A stretch of DNA of 64,000 bases from an uncultured Verrucomicrobiales bacterium (GCA_964622095.1 CAZUPP010000008.1:15773-79772), one strand, 5' to 3'. Positions 36,643 to 46,648 are shown, counted from the stretch's first letter. A program made the numbers and translations. The notes: generated from the sequence alone by a model not told the origin.

Positions 36643-39228
36643 TCAATTCTCAAAAAAGGAGAGCTGCACATCCTGCGGCGCTTTATCTTCCACACGAGGT
36701 GACACCTTTTTCGTTCTTTGTTTCGGCATTTTGCCAGATTGTTCGCCGCCCATAGAAGCGGCTTGAGTATCGTCATCGAAGTCCAGGCCTGCGCCTGACT
36801 CCAGTCTCGCCAGGATATGTTTGGCTCGTGCAATGACGGAAGGCGGCAGCCCAGCTAGCTGCGCTACCTGAATGCCGTAGCTGCGGTCGGCCGCCCCTTC
36901 GACGATTTTTCGCAGAAAGATAATCTGATCATTCCATTCCCGCACCGCGACGTTAAGATTACACACGCCCGGGTATCTTGCCGCCAAGTGAGTCAGCTCA
37001 TGGTAATGCGTGGCGAAAAGCGTACGCGCACCAATCTCCGTAAGCAAATGTTCGGCGACGCTCCACGCGATTGAAAGGCCATCATAGGTCGCGGTCCCCC
37101 GGCCGATTTCATCGAGAATAACGAGACTGTTCCCGGTGGCAGAATTGATGATATTCGCCGTTTCGTTCATTTCGACCATAAACGTGCTTTGACCGCGGCT
37201 GATATCATCACTCGCGCCGACCCGTGTGAAAATGCGATCCACCAAGCTTAAGCGGGCTTCCCGTGCCGGCACCCACGAGCCCATCTGGGCCATTATGGAA
37301 ATGAGGGCCACCTGCCGGATAAAAGTACTTTTGCCCGCCATGTTTGGACCGGTAATAATGGACAGGCAACGGTCCTCGAGATTGAGATGCGCGTCGTTCG
37401 GAACAAATTTTTCTTCGACCAGATTCTGGTCAAGCACCGGATGGCGCCCGTCGACAATTTCTGTCACGCCACGGTCCGTGTCGAGTACCGGCCGGACATA
37501 ACGATAGTGCCGCGCAATTTCGGCGAGGGAGGCCACGCAATCCAGCGTCGCAACGGCGTTGGCGAGGCTTTGCAGGTCATCCGTCCAGGTCAGAACGCGG
37601 TCACGCAGTTGGAGGAATAATTCATATTCAAGCTGCCGGGACTTTTCATCTGCGCCCAGGATCTTGCTTTCCATTTCCTTGAGCTCCGGCGTGATGAATC
37701 TCTCTGCGTTGGCCATCGTCTGCTTCCGGATATAATCATCCGGCACACTCTCCAGATTCGCCTTTGTGATCTCGATGTAATAACCGAATACTGAATTGAA
37801 GCGGACCTTCAGATTCTTGATTCCCGTGCGCTTGATTTCCTCAGCTTGAAGACGCGCAATCCAGTCTTTACCGTCTCGCGAACCCTGGCGAAAGCTGTCG
37901 AGCTCCGAGTGGTAGCCGTCTTTGAAAATGCCGCCTTCCTTGAGAGCGGCTGGCGGTTCCTCGGTCAGAGCGCTTTCCAGCAGCTCCACCAGTTCCGGCA
38001 GCAAGACCAGGCCGTCCAGCGTTTCCTGAGCTAACGGACTGGCGCTGTTCTTATCTTCTTCATCATCTACCAATCGCCGCAGCAAAACGGAAAGATGTTC
38101 CTGTAATTCCGGGATTTGCTCGAGACTGGTTTTCAAAGATTGCATGTCCCTCGCATTACCGGTGGACTGAGAAAGTCGCCCGATCGTTCGCTGAATATCG
38201 CGCACCGGCTTCAGGCTTTCGCGCATTTCGGCAAGGAGAAAAGGTTCCTCGAGCAGGTCGGCAATAAATTGTTGGCGATGCTGCAGCCGCTCAAGGTTTC
38301 GCAGTGGATGCAAAAGCCACTCACGCAGCAGTCGCCCGCCCATGGGTGTTACGGTCCGGTCGAGCGCTTTGAGGAGAGTATTATCTTTCGAGCCGCGGCT
38401 GGAAATAAGTTCCAGATTCGACTGCGTGACGGGATCAAGAATCAAATAATCCGTTCGGTGATAGCGCCGCAGACTGCGCACCGCGTCGAGCTTTCGCCGA
38501 AGCTGATTCTCAAGATAATGCAAGACCGCCCCGGCTGCCCCCACCGCGACCGGACAATCCCCGCAACCGAAACCATCCAGGCTCTGCACACGGAAATGAT
38601 TCCGCAAAACATACTCCGCCTGATCGAAGAGAAAAGGATAAGCATCGTAAGCGAGGGATGCCGGAAGCTTCTCAAATAATTCAACCTGATCGTCCCGATA
38701 AATCAATTCAGTGGGAGCGAGACGGGATAACTCCTGCTCAAATTCCTCACGTGAATGAAGTTCAATGACTCGAAAATCCCCGGCCGATAGATCAATCACC
38801 GCGATGCCAAAGCTGGACTTTTCCGCATTGACCGCGGCGAGATAATTCGGCATCGAGCCTTCGAGCAGATTCAGGTCGTCAATTGTGCCTGCCGTCACGA
38901 TCTGTGTCACCTCGCGCTCGACGATTTTTCCGGGCTGCGGTTCGCTGATCTGGTCACAGATCGCGACGCGCTTGTTGGCCTTGATTAATTTCGCGATGTA
39001 ATTCTCCGCGGCATGATAAGGCACCCCGCACATGGGAGTGTTGTGTCGTTTTGTTAATGCGACATTAAGAATTCCCGCGGCTGTCTTGGCGTCATCGAAA
39101 AACAATTCATAAAAATCTCCCAGACGAAAAAACAGGAGAACATCCTCCGGTAACCGGCGTCGGATGCCCTGATACTGCTTCATCATGGGGGTGAGCTTTT
39201 CAGCGCTGGCCATAGAATCCGTAAGCAT
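36643..39228 (-). CDS. mutS: DNA mismatch repair protein MutS
   Basis: TPMMKQYQGIRRRLPEDVLLFFRLGDFYELFFDDA, Walker A GPNMAGKSTF, STFMVEM, DEIGRGTATYDG. 861 aa. Confidence 0.95.
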   Translation of the reverse strand: MLTDSMASAEKLTPMMKQYQGIRRRLPEDVLLFFRLGDFYELFFDDAKTAAGILNVALTKRHNTPMCGVPYHAAENYIAKLIKANKRVAICDQISEPQPGKIVEREVTQIVTAGTIDDLNLLEGSMPNYLAAVNAEKSSFGIAVIDLSAGDFRVIELHSREEFEQELSRLAPTELIYRDDQVELFEKLPASLAYDAYPFLFDQAEYVLRNHFRVQSLDGFGCGDCPVAVGAAGAVLHYLENQLRRKLDAVRSLRRYHRTDYLILDPVTQSNLELISSRGSKDNTLLKALDRTVTPMGGRLLREWLLHPLRNLERLQHRQQFIADLLEEPFLLAEMRESLKPVRDIQRTIGRLSQSTGNARDMQSLKTSLEQIPELQEHLSVLLRRLVDDEEDKNSASPLAQETLDGLVLLPELVELLESALTEEPPAALKEGGIFKDGYHSELDSFRQGSRDGKDWIARLQAEEIKRTGIKNLKVRFNSVFGYYIEITKANLESVPDDYIRKQTMANAERFITPELKEMESKILGADEKSRQLEYELFLQLRDRVLTWTDDLQSLANAVATLDCVASLAEIARHYRYVRPVLDTDRGVTEIVDGRHPVLDQNLVEEKFVPNDAHLNLEDRCLSIITGPNMAGKSTFIRQVALISIMAQMGSWVPAREARLSLVDRIFTRVGASDDISRGQSTFMVEMNETANIINSATGNSLVILDEIGRGTATYDGLSIAWSVAEHLLTEIGARTLFATHYHELTHLAARYPGVCNLNVAVREWNDQIIFLRKIVEGAADRSYGIQVAQLAGLPPSVIARAKHILARLESGAGLDFDDDTQAASMGGEQSGKMPKQRTKKVSPRVEDKAPQDVQLSFFEN

Positions 39229-39340
39229 AGAGCAGGGCCGGACCTCGGCAACCCCTCACGTCAGAGATCGCAGAAGCGGCGGCATGTTGCGCCTGGATGG
39301 ATGCCATGGCGGAACTAACGTTGCTGGATGGACGGCCCGT

Positions 39341-40225
39341 TTAGGCAGCCACCTCAGCCGCAATAATCTGGCTGCGAGCGCCGGTTTCAGCCAGGCGCTC
39401 CTGCGCCACCTGCAGGTAGGCCAGATCAATATCAAAGCCCACAAAGCGCTTCACCCCACAGTTCTGCGCCGCGACCGCTGAACTGCCCAGCCCCAGAAAC
39501 GGGTCCAGCACCAGATCAGCGGGTTTGAGGCCATGGATGCGTAGACAATTCTCCGCCAGCCTCACCGGGAAAGTTGCCGGATGCGGGCGGTCCCGGTCGC
39601 GAACCTGGATTGTCTCGTAGGGCACGTACCAGGTATTGCCCCGGCAGCGTCTGTCCCGGCCACCGGTATGCGCCCAGCGCCTGATGTTACTCTTGTCTGC
39701 GTAAGTCACGCCCACGGCCAGCCGGTCCAGCGGGGTCCGCCCGGTCGTGGTCAGGTGGAAGACATACTCATGGCAGTCATTGACAAAGCGCTGGCTGTTT
39801 ATCGGCTTGAAATGTCCCACGCTCAGTTCTTCGCCGTCGTCCGGCTGCTCGATGGTAATCGCCTTGATCCAGTGAAATGTGTTCTGCAGCACAAAGGGTC
39901 CGTCGCCCCCGGACAACCGTTGGACCACCTGAAGCGGCAGCAGTGGCTTGGACGGTGAACCCGCGACATTCAGAAAAAACGAACCGTTCTCACTGAGCAC
40001 ACGGGCGATCTCCGCGCCCCATTGCGTGGTCCACGCCAGATAATCCTCTTCACTCAGGCGGTCGCGATACTTGCTGTATGCGATGCCGAGGTTATAGGGC
40101 GGCGAGGTGATAACAGCTTCCACGCAACCATCCGGCAAGGCGGTCAAGCCCTCCAGGCAGTCGCAATGAAAAAGGCTGTAACCACCAGACCGCACGAGGT
40201 CACGCGACGATCTGGGCAGAGACAT
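39341..40225 (-). CDS. site-specific DNA methyltransferase, beta class (SPPY motif; N4-cytosine or N6-adenine)
   Basis: Motif IV VITSPPYNLG lies near the N-terminus. HPATFPVRLAENCL follows, and AdoMet motif I VLDPFLGLGSSAVAA lies near the C-terminus. Confidence 0.85.
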   Translation of the reverse strand: MSLPRSSRDLVRSGGYSLFHCDCLEGLTALPDGCVEAVITSPPYNLGIAYSKYRDRLSEEDYLAWTTQWGAEIARVLSENGSFFLNVAGSPSKPLLPLQVVQRLSGGDGPFVLQNTFHWIKAITIEQPDDGEELSVGHFKPINSQRFVNDCHEYVFHLTTTGRTPLDRLAVGVTYADKSNIRRWAHTGGRDRRCRGNTWYVPYETIQVRDRDRPHPATFPVRLAENCLRIHGLKPADLVLDPFLGLGSSAVAAQNCGVKRFVGFDIDLAYLQVAQERLAETGARSQIIAAEVAA

Positions 40226-40264
40226 GCCAGCGAGTTTCTAAGGTGGTAGTGAAGGTGATGAGAC

Positions 40265-40322
40265 AGGTCCTGCCACCGGACAGTTCCCCGTTGAGGCTCG
40301 GGAGAAGACTTCGGCAGGACCT
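40265..40322. repeat. 10-bp inverted repeat (AGGTCCTGCC / GGCAGGACCT) with a 38-nt loop
   Basis: Lies between the esterase stop (40400) and the methyltransferase start (40225). It could act as a terminator for the esterase gene, but no U-run follows. Confidence 0.5.
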
Positions 40323-40399
40323 AAGGCGAGGTCAGCTTAGCGCCCGAAATCATCAAGCCAACAAAATAATCAACTAAACCAAAATAAATTCCGCGTGTC

Positions 40400-41242
40400 T
40401 CACTCTGATGGGGAGCTGCTCGTCGCCATGCCTTCCAGCAAGTTTATCATCTTCGTGGCCATCCGCTGGCCCAGGGTCTCAGCGCTTTGGCCGTCATAGT
40501 GCCAGTGATCAAACTTTCTCAGGTCATCAGATGATGCGACCGCTGACAAGCTGATCCGGCCTGGCAGCATCGCCAGACCGTCGTTGATTGGGTTCTCGCC
40601 AGAAATCTCTCCTGCAACGAAAGCCACCTCTCCAAATTCTTCGCGAAAGGCCGCAATCATCCTCTCCAGGTTCGGCAGGTAATCCGCCTCCTTACCCTGA
40701 GCCAGATCTGTTTCACCTTGGATCCAAAGGATGCCGGACAGGGTGCCGCCGCTTTTCAGAGCTTCTTTGGTGCGCCGAACCGCTTCCTGAAAAAGTTGAC
40801 CTTCCGGCTGCCATTCCGCGGCGCTGGTCCAGCCCTTGGCGTTGACCACCAGACCAATGGCGCGCTCCGGGAAGCCCTCGCGCATCCGCTTCGCGAACCC
40901 GAAGGCAGGGCTGATCCCCTGCAGACCGATGCCCTTTCGGACCGTGGAAAATTCGTTATACGGATGGCGGGCCGGCACCCACAGCCCATTCCCGTCCAGC
41001 AGCCACACACCATTCAGCTCGCCGGTGTCACTCTCTGCGGGCATGGCACGGCCTGCCATGTTGCTCTGGCCGATACAGAGAAACACCTTCAACTCGTCCT
41101 TTGGGGGTTGAGCCTGACCGTGGAGTGTCCAGCACACCAAGAAAAAGGTCACGGGCAGAATGAGTCGTGGCCATACCGGTCCCGTCGATTTCGTCTGGGG
41201 TGAGATTTGTTTGATCACAGTGGAGGAGTCGAGCATGCTCAC
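40400..41242 (-). CDS. sialate O-acetylesterase-like carbohydrate esterase (SASA domain)
   Basis: Signal peptide, then VFLCIGQSNMAGR, WIQGETD and a DHWHY region. The start is GTG 41242 or ATG 41236. Confidence 0.8.
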   Translation of the reverse strand: MSMLDSSTVIKQISPQTKSTGPVWPRLILPVTFFLVCWTLHGQAQPPKDELKVFLCIGQSNMAGRAMPAESDTGELNGVWLLDGNGLWVPARHPYNEFSTVRKGIGLQGISPAFGFAKRMREGFPERAIGLVVNAKGWTSAAEWQPEGQLFQEAVRRTKEALKSGGTLSGILWIQGETDLAQGKEADYLPNLERMIAAFREEFGEVAFVAGEISGENPINDGLAMLPGRISLSAVASSDDLRKFDHWHYDGQSAETLGQRMATKMINLLEGMATSSSPSE

Positions 41243-41244
41243 CG

Positions 41245-41715
41245 GTGATGAAGTTTTACCCCTGCAGAATGATTATGGCATGGGGCATGGGGCATGGCCA
41301 GCATGATTCTTGGATTCTCTATGCTCTGCGGTTACGCTCAGAACAAGCCTTACGCATGGTTCGACGAAGGTGTCCATGTTCATACCATGGCGTGGTCTGC
41401 AGCTCAAAAGTCGCTCTATCGCCGGGCAGATCAAAGGGCGCTCCGGAAAATGAAACGAACTGGGAAATGTTTCAGGACGGATCGCATCCCGGCAGCACCG
41501 TCGTGGATATCCAGAGGGGGAAACATCTGATTTTTCTGCAAATGGGCGCCAGTTGCGCCAGCTTCGCCGGCACCTATATGATTGAGCGCTCCCTCCATAC
41601 GGAAGCGGTCGGAAAATATCTGATCGAAAATTCGCCGGTCGACGTCTCCGGTATGCCGCCAGTGGACGACACGGATACTCTCGAGGAGCCGAAGGCTGAG
41701 ACCCCGGATGAATGA
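41245..41715 (+). CDS. hypothetical protein; start and reading frame uncertain (possible frameshift)
   Basis: Only the C-terminal ~100 aa of this frame look protein-like (ENETNWEMFQDGSHPGSTVVDIQRGKHLIFLQMG...). A second frame (41294..41530) carries a plausible N-terminus (MASMILGFSMLCGYAQNKPYAWFDEGVHVHTMAW). Confidence 0.3.
   Translation: MMKFYPCRMIMAWGMGHGQHDSWILYALRLRSEQALRMVRRRCPCSYHGVVCSSKVALSPGRSKGAPENETNWEMFQDGSHPGSTVVDIQRGKHLIFLQMGASCASFAGTYMIERSLHTEAVGKYLIENSPVDVSGMPPVDDTDTLEEPKAETPDE
41276..41300. repeat. short tandem repeat TGGCA-TGGGGCA-TGGGGCA-TGGCCA
   Basis: Read directly from the sequence. The heptamer unit is not a multiple of 3 and sits at the 5' end of the ambiguous ORF. 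Confidence 0.85.
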
Positions 41716-41757
41716 TCATCACCTTGAAAAGCACCCCTCAACGCAATAAAGCAGATC

Positions 41758-42162
41758 ATGGCCTACGTGAGCATTCGCACCAACTGTTATGTAGATGAAA
41801 GTTATGTCGACAGCCTGCTTGTCGCGCTGTCGGATAAGGTCGCCCGGCGTCTGGGCAAAAGCGAGGATCAGGTCATGGTGGCGCTCCAGGACGGGGTCAA
41901 GATGGTGATGGGCGGCACCTATGATCCGGCCGCTCTCGTGGAAATCCGCAGCCTTGAGCTGGACAGTGAGGATACCACCCCGCTTGCGGTGGAGATCGCG
42001 GATTACATCGAGAAATACCTCACCATTCCCCATGCACGGTTGTACATCGGATTTGCAGGTGTGATGGAAAGCATGTGGGCCTGGCACGATGGCGAGTTCA
42101 GTGTGTGGTCCGCCCCGCGCAGACAGGCCACCTACGGGGACTATACAAGTGGTGAGAATTGA
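41758..42162 (+). CDS. MIF / tautomerase-superfamily protein with Ala instead of Pro at position 2
   Basis: MAYVSIRTNC...SLLVALSDKVARRLGKSEDQVMVAL.DGV.MVMGG..DPAALVEIRSL......T..LA.EIADYIEKYL.IP..RLYI.F. Layout and length (134 aa) fit MIF/D-dopachrome tautomerase (MPxxxxxTN...). An in-frame TGA at 41725 excludes an upstream start. Confidence 0.7.
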   Translation: MAYVSIRTNCYVDESYVDSLLVALSDKVARRLGKSEDQVMVALQDGVKMVMGGTYDPAALVEIRSLELDSEDTTPLAVEIADYIEKYLTIPHARLYIGFAGVMESMWAWHDGEFSVWSAPRRQATYGDYTSGEN

Positions 42163-44178
42163 TCAAACCACTTTCACCGGGCATTCCGGCAGGGCCTGAA
42201 TAAAGGCGCGGCCGTAATTCTTTTTCACAATGCGGTTATCCAAGATCGCGACAATCCCATGATCTTTTTTCGAGCGGATCAGTCGCCCGACACCCTGACG
42301 CAGCTTGAGGATCGCTTCGGGCACGGAATAACTCATAAAGGAATCCCCGCCCTCCGCCTCGATCTTCTCCATGCGCGCGGCGATAATCGGATGATCAGGA
42401 ACGGCAAAAGGCAGGCGTGTGATGATAATGCTGCGTAAGGCCTCACCGGGGACATCCACTCCGGACCAGAAACTGTCCGTGCCGAAAAGAACGCTGTCGT
42501 TGGATTTCTTGAATTGCTCCACCAGCCGGTGACGCGAGCCACCACCTGAGCTCTGGACGAGCAGCGGCCATTTTTGCCGTTTACAGTAATTTTCCAGGCG
42601 GGCCGCCATCGCCTGCATGAGCCGGTAACTGGTAAACAAAACAAAGGCACCCCCCGCCGTCTGATTTAAGAAATGGGTGATCCATTTTTCACAACCGTCT
42701 TCAAATTGAGGGCTGCGCGGGTCCGGCATACTTTTCACCAGGATCAATTCCATCTGGTTCTCATAATCAAACGGGCTGCCAATCTGTTCCTGGCGCACAT
42801 TTGATGCGCCGACGCGATGGCAGAAATAATCCATTTCCTGCGGGCCTGCGGAAAGTGTTGCGCTCGTCAGCACCGCCCGCGCGCCGGAGAAAAATAATAG
42901 TTCCTGCAGGTGCTGATCTACCTGAATCGGAGTGGAATGCAGACGCAGGGACCGGCCCTCCTTGCCAAAGCGTTGGGCCCAGTAAACCAGGTCGGGCTCC
43001 TTTTGTTTCATGAAAATCGTGACCGCTTCCCGGATCGCTTCGATGCGGGACCGGGCATCGCGCAACTCAGCCTTAAGATTTTCATTGTCCATGTTGCGCG
43101 CGAGCGAATCCACCGTGCGCTGCAATTCCAGCAGAGGATCGGAAAGATCATCTTCCGTGAGTTCACGCTCCCGCACCCGGCATTCCCTGCCGTGGTCGCC
43201 GCGAGGGAAGGGGCAGGCCTCACGCACCCGCTCGAAAAAGCCATCGGACAGATCGAGGCAATCCACCGTTTTCTGAATCGCTTCACCGGATGGGAAAGTT
43301 CCGAGCAGCCCCTTGCGTGTGCGCGGATTCCATAGGCGTGAAAGCACGGCACGCACGTCATAGTCGGAAACCTGATAGCCCAGTTGTTGTGCGGCGATCG
43401 CTTCCACGGTGTGAGCTTCATCCAGCACCACGAAATCCCTGGGAAAAATGAAGCCCTGCTCCGCCCCCTCACCGGGACTTCCCTGCTGCTGTTCCCGCCC
43501 GGCCAGCAGCATAAAAAAAAGGGTGTGATTGAGCACGACAACACGAGCCTGCATCACCCGGCGTCTCGCGGTTTGATAGTGGCAACCGCTCCCGGGCGGG
43601 CACGAGCGCGTGGTGCAGATATTCGGTTCACTGCAGACCGCGGACCATACCCCGTGGCTTGGCTCAAATGGCAGGTCACTCAAAGTGCCGTCCTCCGTGG
43701 TCTGCGCCCAGTCCATGATCCTGTCCAGCTCCGCCGCACCGGCGCGCTCAAAGAGATCTCCCGCCTGCTCCAGGGCGCGCTTGAGCCGGGTGGTACAAAG
43801 ATAATTCTGGCGGCCCTTCAGCAGAACGGCATCCACGCTTTTCCCCAGGAGCCGCTGCACCAGTGGCAGATCCTTGGTCATAAGCTGCTCCTGCAGATTG
43901 ATCGTGTGCGTGGAGACAATCATTTTCCGGTCCGTTTCCAGGGCAAAAAGCAGTCCGGGCGCCAGATAGGCCAGGCTCTTGCCCACACCGGTGCCTGCCT
44001 CCACAATGAGCGGTTCCGCATCCTGCAGGCTGCGGGCGATCTCCAGGGCCATCCGCTGCTGCTGAGGTCTGAACTCATAATGCTCCGCCGCGGCCATCGG
44101 CCCTTTCGGAGAGAAGAACGTCTCCACCTCTTCCAGGTAATCATGAGCAAGAAATCCTGTCGGGAAGGGGTCGAGCAT
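42163..44178 (-). CDS. dinG: ATP-dependent DNA helicase, DinG/XPD (Rad3) family
   Basis: EAGTGVGKSLAYL (Walker A), VLDEAHT (DEAH box), a Cys cluster (YLCTT..., VCSEPNICTTRSCPPGSGCHY) for the Fe-S domain, and C-terminal FTSY...LLVQ. Confidence 0.85.
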   Translation of the reverse strand: MLDPFPTGFLAHDYLEEVETFFSPKGPMAAAEHYEFRPQQQRMALEIARSLQDAEPLIVEAGTGVGKSLAYLAPGLLFALETDRKMIVSTHTINLQEQLMTKDLPLVQRLLGKSVDAVLLKGRQNYLCTTRLKRALEQAGDLFERAGAAELDRIMDWAQTTEDGTLSDLPFEPSHGVWSAVCSEPNICTTRSCPPGSGCHYQTARRRVMQARVVVLNHTLFFMLLAGREQQQGSPGEGAEQGFIFPRDFVVLDEAHTVEAIAAQQLGYQVSDYDVRAVLSRLWNPRTRKGLLGTFPSGEAIQKTVDCLDLSDGFFERVREACPFPRGDHGRECRVRERELTEDDLSDPLLELQRTVDSLARNMDNENLKAELRDARSRIEAIREAVTIFMKQKEPDLVYWAQRFGKEGRSLRLHSTPIQVDQHLQELLFFSGARAVLTSATLSAGPQEMDYFCHRVGASNVRQEQIGSPFDYENQMELILVKSMPDPRSPQFEDGCEKWITHFLNQTAGGAFVLFTSYRLMQAMAARLENYCKRQKWPLLVQSSGGGSRHRLVEQFKKSNDSVLFGTDSFWSGVDVPGEALRSIIITRLPFAVPDHPIIAARMEKIEAEGGDSFMSYSVPEAILKLRQGVGRLIRSKKDHGIVAILDNRIVKKNYGRAFIQALPECPVKVV

Positions 44179-44367
44179 GGGGCGTCAGAGTGGTGCTTAA
44201 GATAGAGGAAGTTGAAGGAAGATACGCCGCAGCGCCGTCCTGTTTTGCGCACTCTGGAAAAACTTAGCCACTTGCCGTTCGGCGACAGCCGGGTTTCACG
44301 TCTAAAGAGCACCAGTTATTTGACAAAAGTCGGTGAGAATGCACTGAAAAGGCGCCCTTGGGGTCCT

Positions 44368-44383
44368 TGGCACGTTCGTTGCT
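44368..44383 (+). promoter_or_regulatory. sigma-54 (-24/-12) promoter upstream of glnN
   Basis: TGGCACGttcgTTGCT matches the consensus TGGCACG-N4-TTGCW exactly. It lies 82 nt upstream of the glnN ATG, and a GGGAG Shine-Dalgarno sits 8-12 nt before the ATG. Confidence 0.65.
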
Positions 44384-44464
44384 TCAAACGCGGGCCCCAA
44401 ATTGTGCGGGGAGCGAAATCTGTTCCTCAGACCTACTTAATAACCCGAAGGGAGAAACACCTAA

Positions 44465-46648
44465 ATGAAATATAACACGGTTCGACAGGATGCCATCAAG
44501 GCGGTAGCCGCCCGGGGCATTACCGAGACCACCATCGACTATATCAATGAGCCTTCCAGCTCGGTCTTTGGCGAAAACGTTTTCAGCCTCGACCTGATGG
44601 AAGAGCGTCTGCCTAAGGACGTCTTCAAGAAGCTCAAGAAAACCATCGCGGATGGGGATAAACTGGACTTGGCCGTGGCTGATGCCGTGGCGATCGCGAT
44701 GCGTGACTGGGCCTTGGAGCATGGCGCCACCCACTTTGCTCACGTTTTCCAGCCTCTGACTGGTTTCACCGCGGAAAAGCATGACGCTTTCATCAATCCG
44801 GACGGTCACGGCGGCGCGATTTGGGAATTCAGCGGTTCTGATCTGGTCCAGGGTGAGCCGGACGCCTCCAGCTTCCCCTCCGGTGGATTGCGACCCACCT
44901 TTGAAGCGCGTGGCTACACGGCCTGGGATGTTAGCAGCCCGGCTTATATTTACGAGAACCCCAACGGTGCCACCCTTTCCATCCCGACGGCCTTTGTCTC
45001 CTGGACCGGTGAAGCGCTCGATAAGAAAACGCCACTGTTGCGCTCTGATCAGGCTTTGGCCGCGCAGGCCGCCCGGGTTCTAAAGCTGTTCGGTCGGGAT
45101 CCCGGCCGGATTACCTCCAGTGGAGGCCCGGAACAGGAATACTTCCTGATCGACAGCCACTTCTACTACGCCCGCCCGGACCTCGTTGCGTCTGGCCGCA
45201 CCCTTTTCGGGGCGGAGCCAGCTAAGGGACAGGAGTTCAGTGATCACTACTTTGGCGCCATCGTGGAGCGGGTCAATGCCTGCATGTTTGAGACCGAACG
45301 CGAGCTCTATCGTCTCGGTATTCCGGTCAAGACTCGCCATAACGAGGTGGCCCCGTCTCAGTATGAGATTGCTCCGGTTTACGAAAGCGCCAACGTGGCA
45401 GCGGACCATCAGCAGCTGATCATGCTCATGCTGAAAAAGGTAGCCCGCAAGTATGGTCTGGTGGCCCTCCTTCATGAGAAGCCGTTCGCGGAATTGAACG
45501 GCTCAGGCAAGCACCTGAACTGGTCCCTGGGCGGCCCTAACGTTGGCAACCTGCTCGAGCCGGGTGCAACCCCGCACGACAACGCGCAGTTCCTCGTCTT
45601 CTGCGGTGCGGTGATCCGTGCGGTCTCCAAGCACGCCCGCCTCTTGCGCGCGGTTATCGCCCACGCTGGCAATGACCACCGTTTGGGTGCCAATGAGGCT
45701 CCACCCGCGATCATCTCGATCTTCCTCGGTGATCAGCTCTTTGACGTTTTCATGCAGATCAAGCAGGGCGGCGCGAAGAGTTCCAAGGAAAGCGGCTACC
45801 TCGAGGTTGGCGTGGACACCCTTCCTGTCCTCCCCCGTCACGCCGGAGACCGGAACCGGACCAGCCCATTCGCCTTCACCGGAAACAAGTTTGAGTTCCG
45901 TGCCGTTGGATCCAACCAATCCATCTCTCAACCGCTCACGGTGCTGAATACGATTATGGCGGAGAGCTTGGATTACATGGCGACGGAACTGGAGAATAAA
46001 ACCGGCGGAGATCCCAGCCGTCTGAATGCCGCAGTTCAGGAAGTCCTGCAGAAGGTCATCACAGAGCACGAAACTGTTCTCTTCAACGGTGATAACTACT
46101 CGGAAGAATGGCACAAGGAAGCGGAGCGCCGTGGCTTGCCGAATCTGCGCACCACCCCCGAGGCTCTGCCGACGATCATCGATCCCGAAGTTATCGCGAT
46201 GTTTGGCAAATATGACGTGATGAGCGAGACCGAGCTGAAGTTGCGCTACGAGGTTTTCGTGGAGCAATATGTCATGACCCTCAATGTCGAAGGCCGGATG
46301 GCTCTGGAAATCGCGCAGACTCAGATTCTGCCGACGGCCATTTCGTATGAGAAAGAACTCTGCGAAAGTGTCATCGCCATGAAAAACATTGGGCGTAACC
46401 CGAGCACTCCTCTGCTCGATCGAGTCAGTTCGCTCATCGCCGAATTGCAGAAGGGAATCGAGAAGCTGGAAAACGCCCTCGAAAATGCCCCTCAAGAAGG
46501 AGATGTTCTGCAGGCGGCAATCTATTATCGCGACAGCGTTCTCGCGTCGGCCAAGGAAGTGCGTGTTGCCGCGGACAAACTCGAGGCGATCTGCCCCGAT
46601 GATATGTGGCCGCTGCCGACCTACCTGGAGATGCTGTTTATCAAGTAA
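44465..46648 (+). CDS. glnN: glutamine synthetase, type III
   Basis: 727 aa. [42 protein letters not shown]...GATHF.H.FQP; [12 protein letters not shown]; NGSGKH.NWS. Confidence 0.92.
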   Translation: MKYNTVRQDAIKAVAARGITETTIDYINEPSSSVFGENVFSLDLMEERLPKDVFKKLKKTIADGDKLDLAVADAVAIAMRDWALEHGATHFAHVFQPLTGFTAEKHDAFINPDGHGGAIWEFSGSDLVQGEPDASSFPSGGLRPTFEARGYTAWDVSSPAYIYENPNGATLSIPTAFVSWTGEALDKKTPLLRSDQALAAQAARVLKLFGRDPGRITSSGGPEQEYFLIDSHFYYARPDLVASGRTLFGAEPAKGQEFSDHYFGAIVERVNACMFETERELYRLGIPVKTRHNEVAPSQYEIAPVYESANVAADHQQLIMLMLKKVARKYGLVALLHEKPFAELNGSGKHLNWSLGGPNVGNLLEPGATPHDNAQFLVFCGAVIRAVSKHARLLRAVIAHAGNDHRLGANEAPPAIISIFLGDQLFDVFMQIKQGGAKSSKESGYLEVGVDTLPVLPRHAGDRNRTSPFAFTGNKFEFRAVGSNQSISQPLTVLNTIMAESLDYMATELENKTGGDPSRLNAAVQEVLQKVITEHETVLFNGDNYSEEWHKEAERRGLPNLRTTPEALPTIIDPEVIAMFGKYDVMSETELKLRYEVFVEQYVMTLNVEGRMALEIAQTQILPTAISYEKELCESVIAMKNIGRNPSTPLLDRVSSLIAELQKGIEKLENALENAPQEGDVLQAAIYYRDSVLASAKEVRVAADKLEAICPDDMWPLPTYLEMLFIK

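Noticed and set aside
41273-41734. 153-aa minus-strand ORF opposite the ambiguous + strand ORF
   Set aside because: It is extremely Arg/Pro/Cys-rich and not protein-like. The + strand has the better coding character.
43384-44205. 273-aa ORF antisense to dinG
   Set aside because: It is a shadow ORF with an Arg/Leu/Gly-rich product. The helicase motifs are on the minus strand.
45503-46495. 330-aa ORF antisense within glnN
   Set aside because: glnN on the + strand is unambiguous. The antisense product has no motifs.
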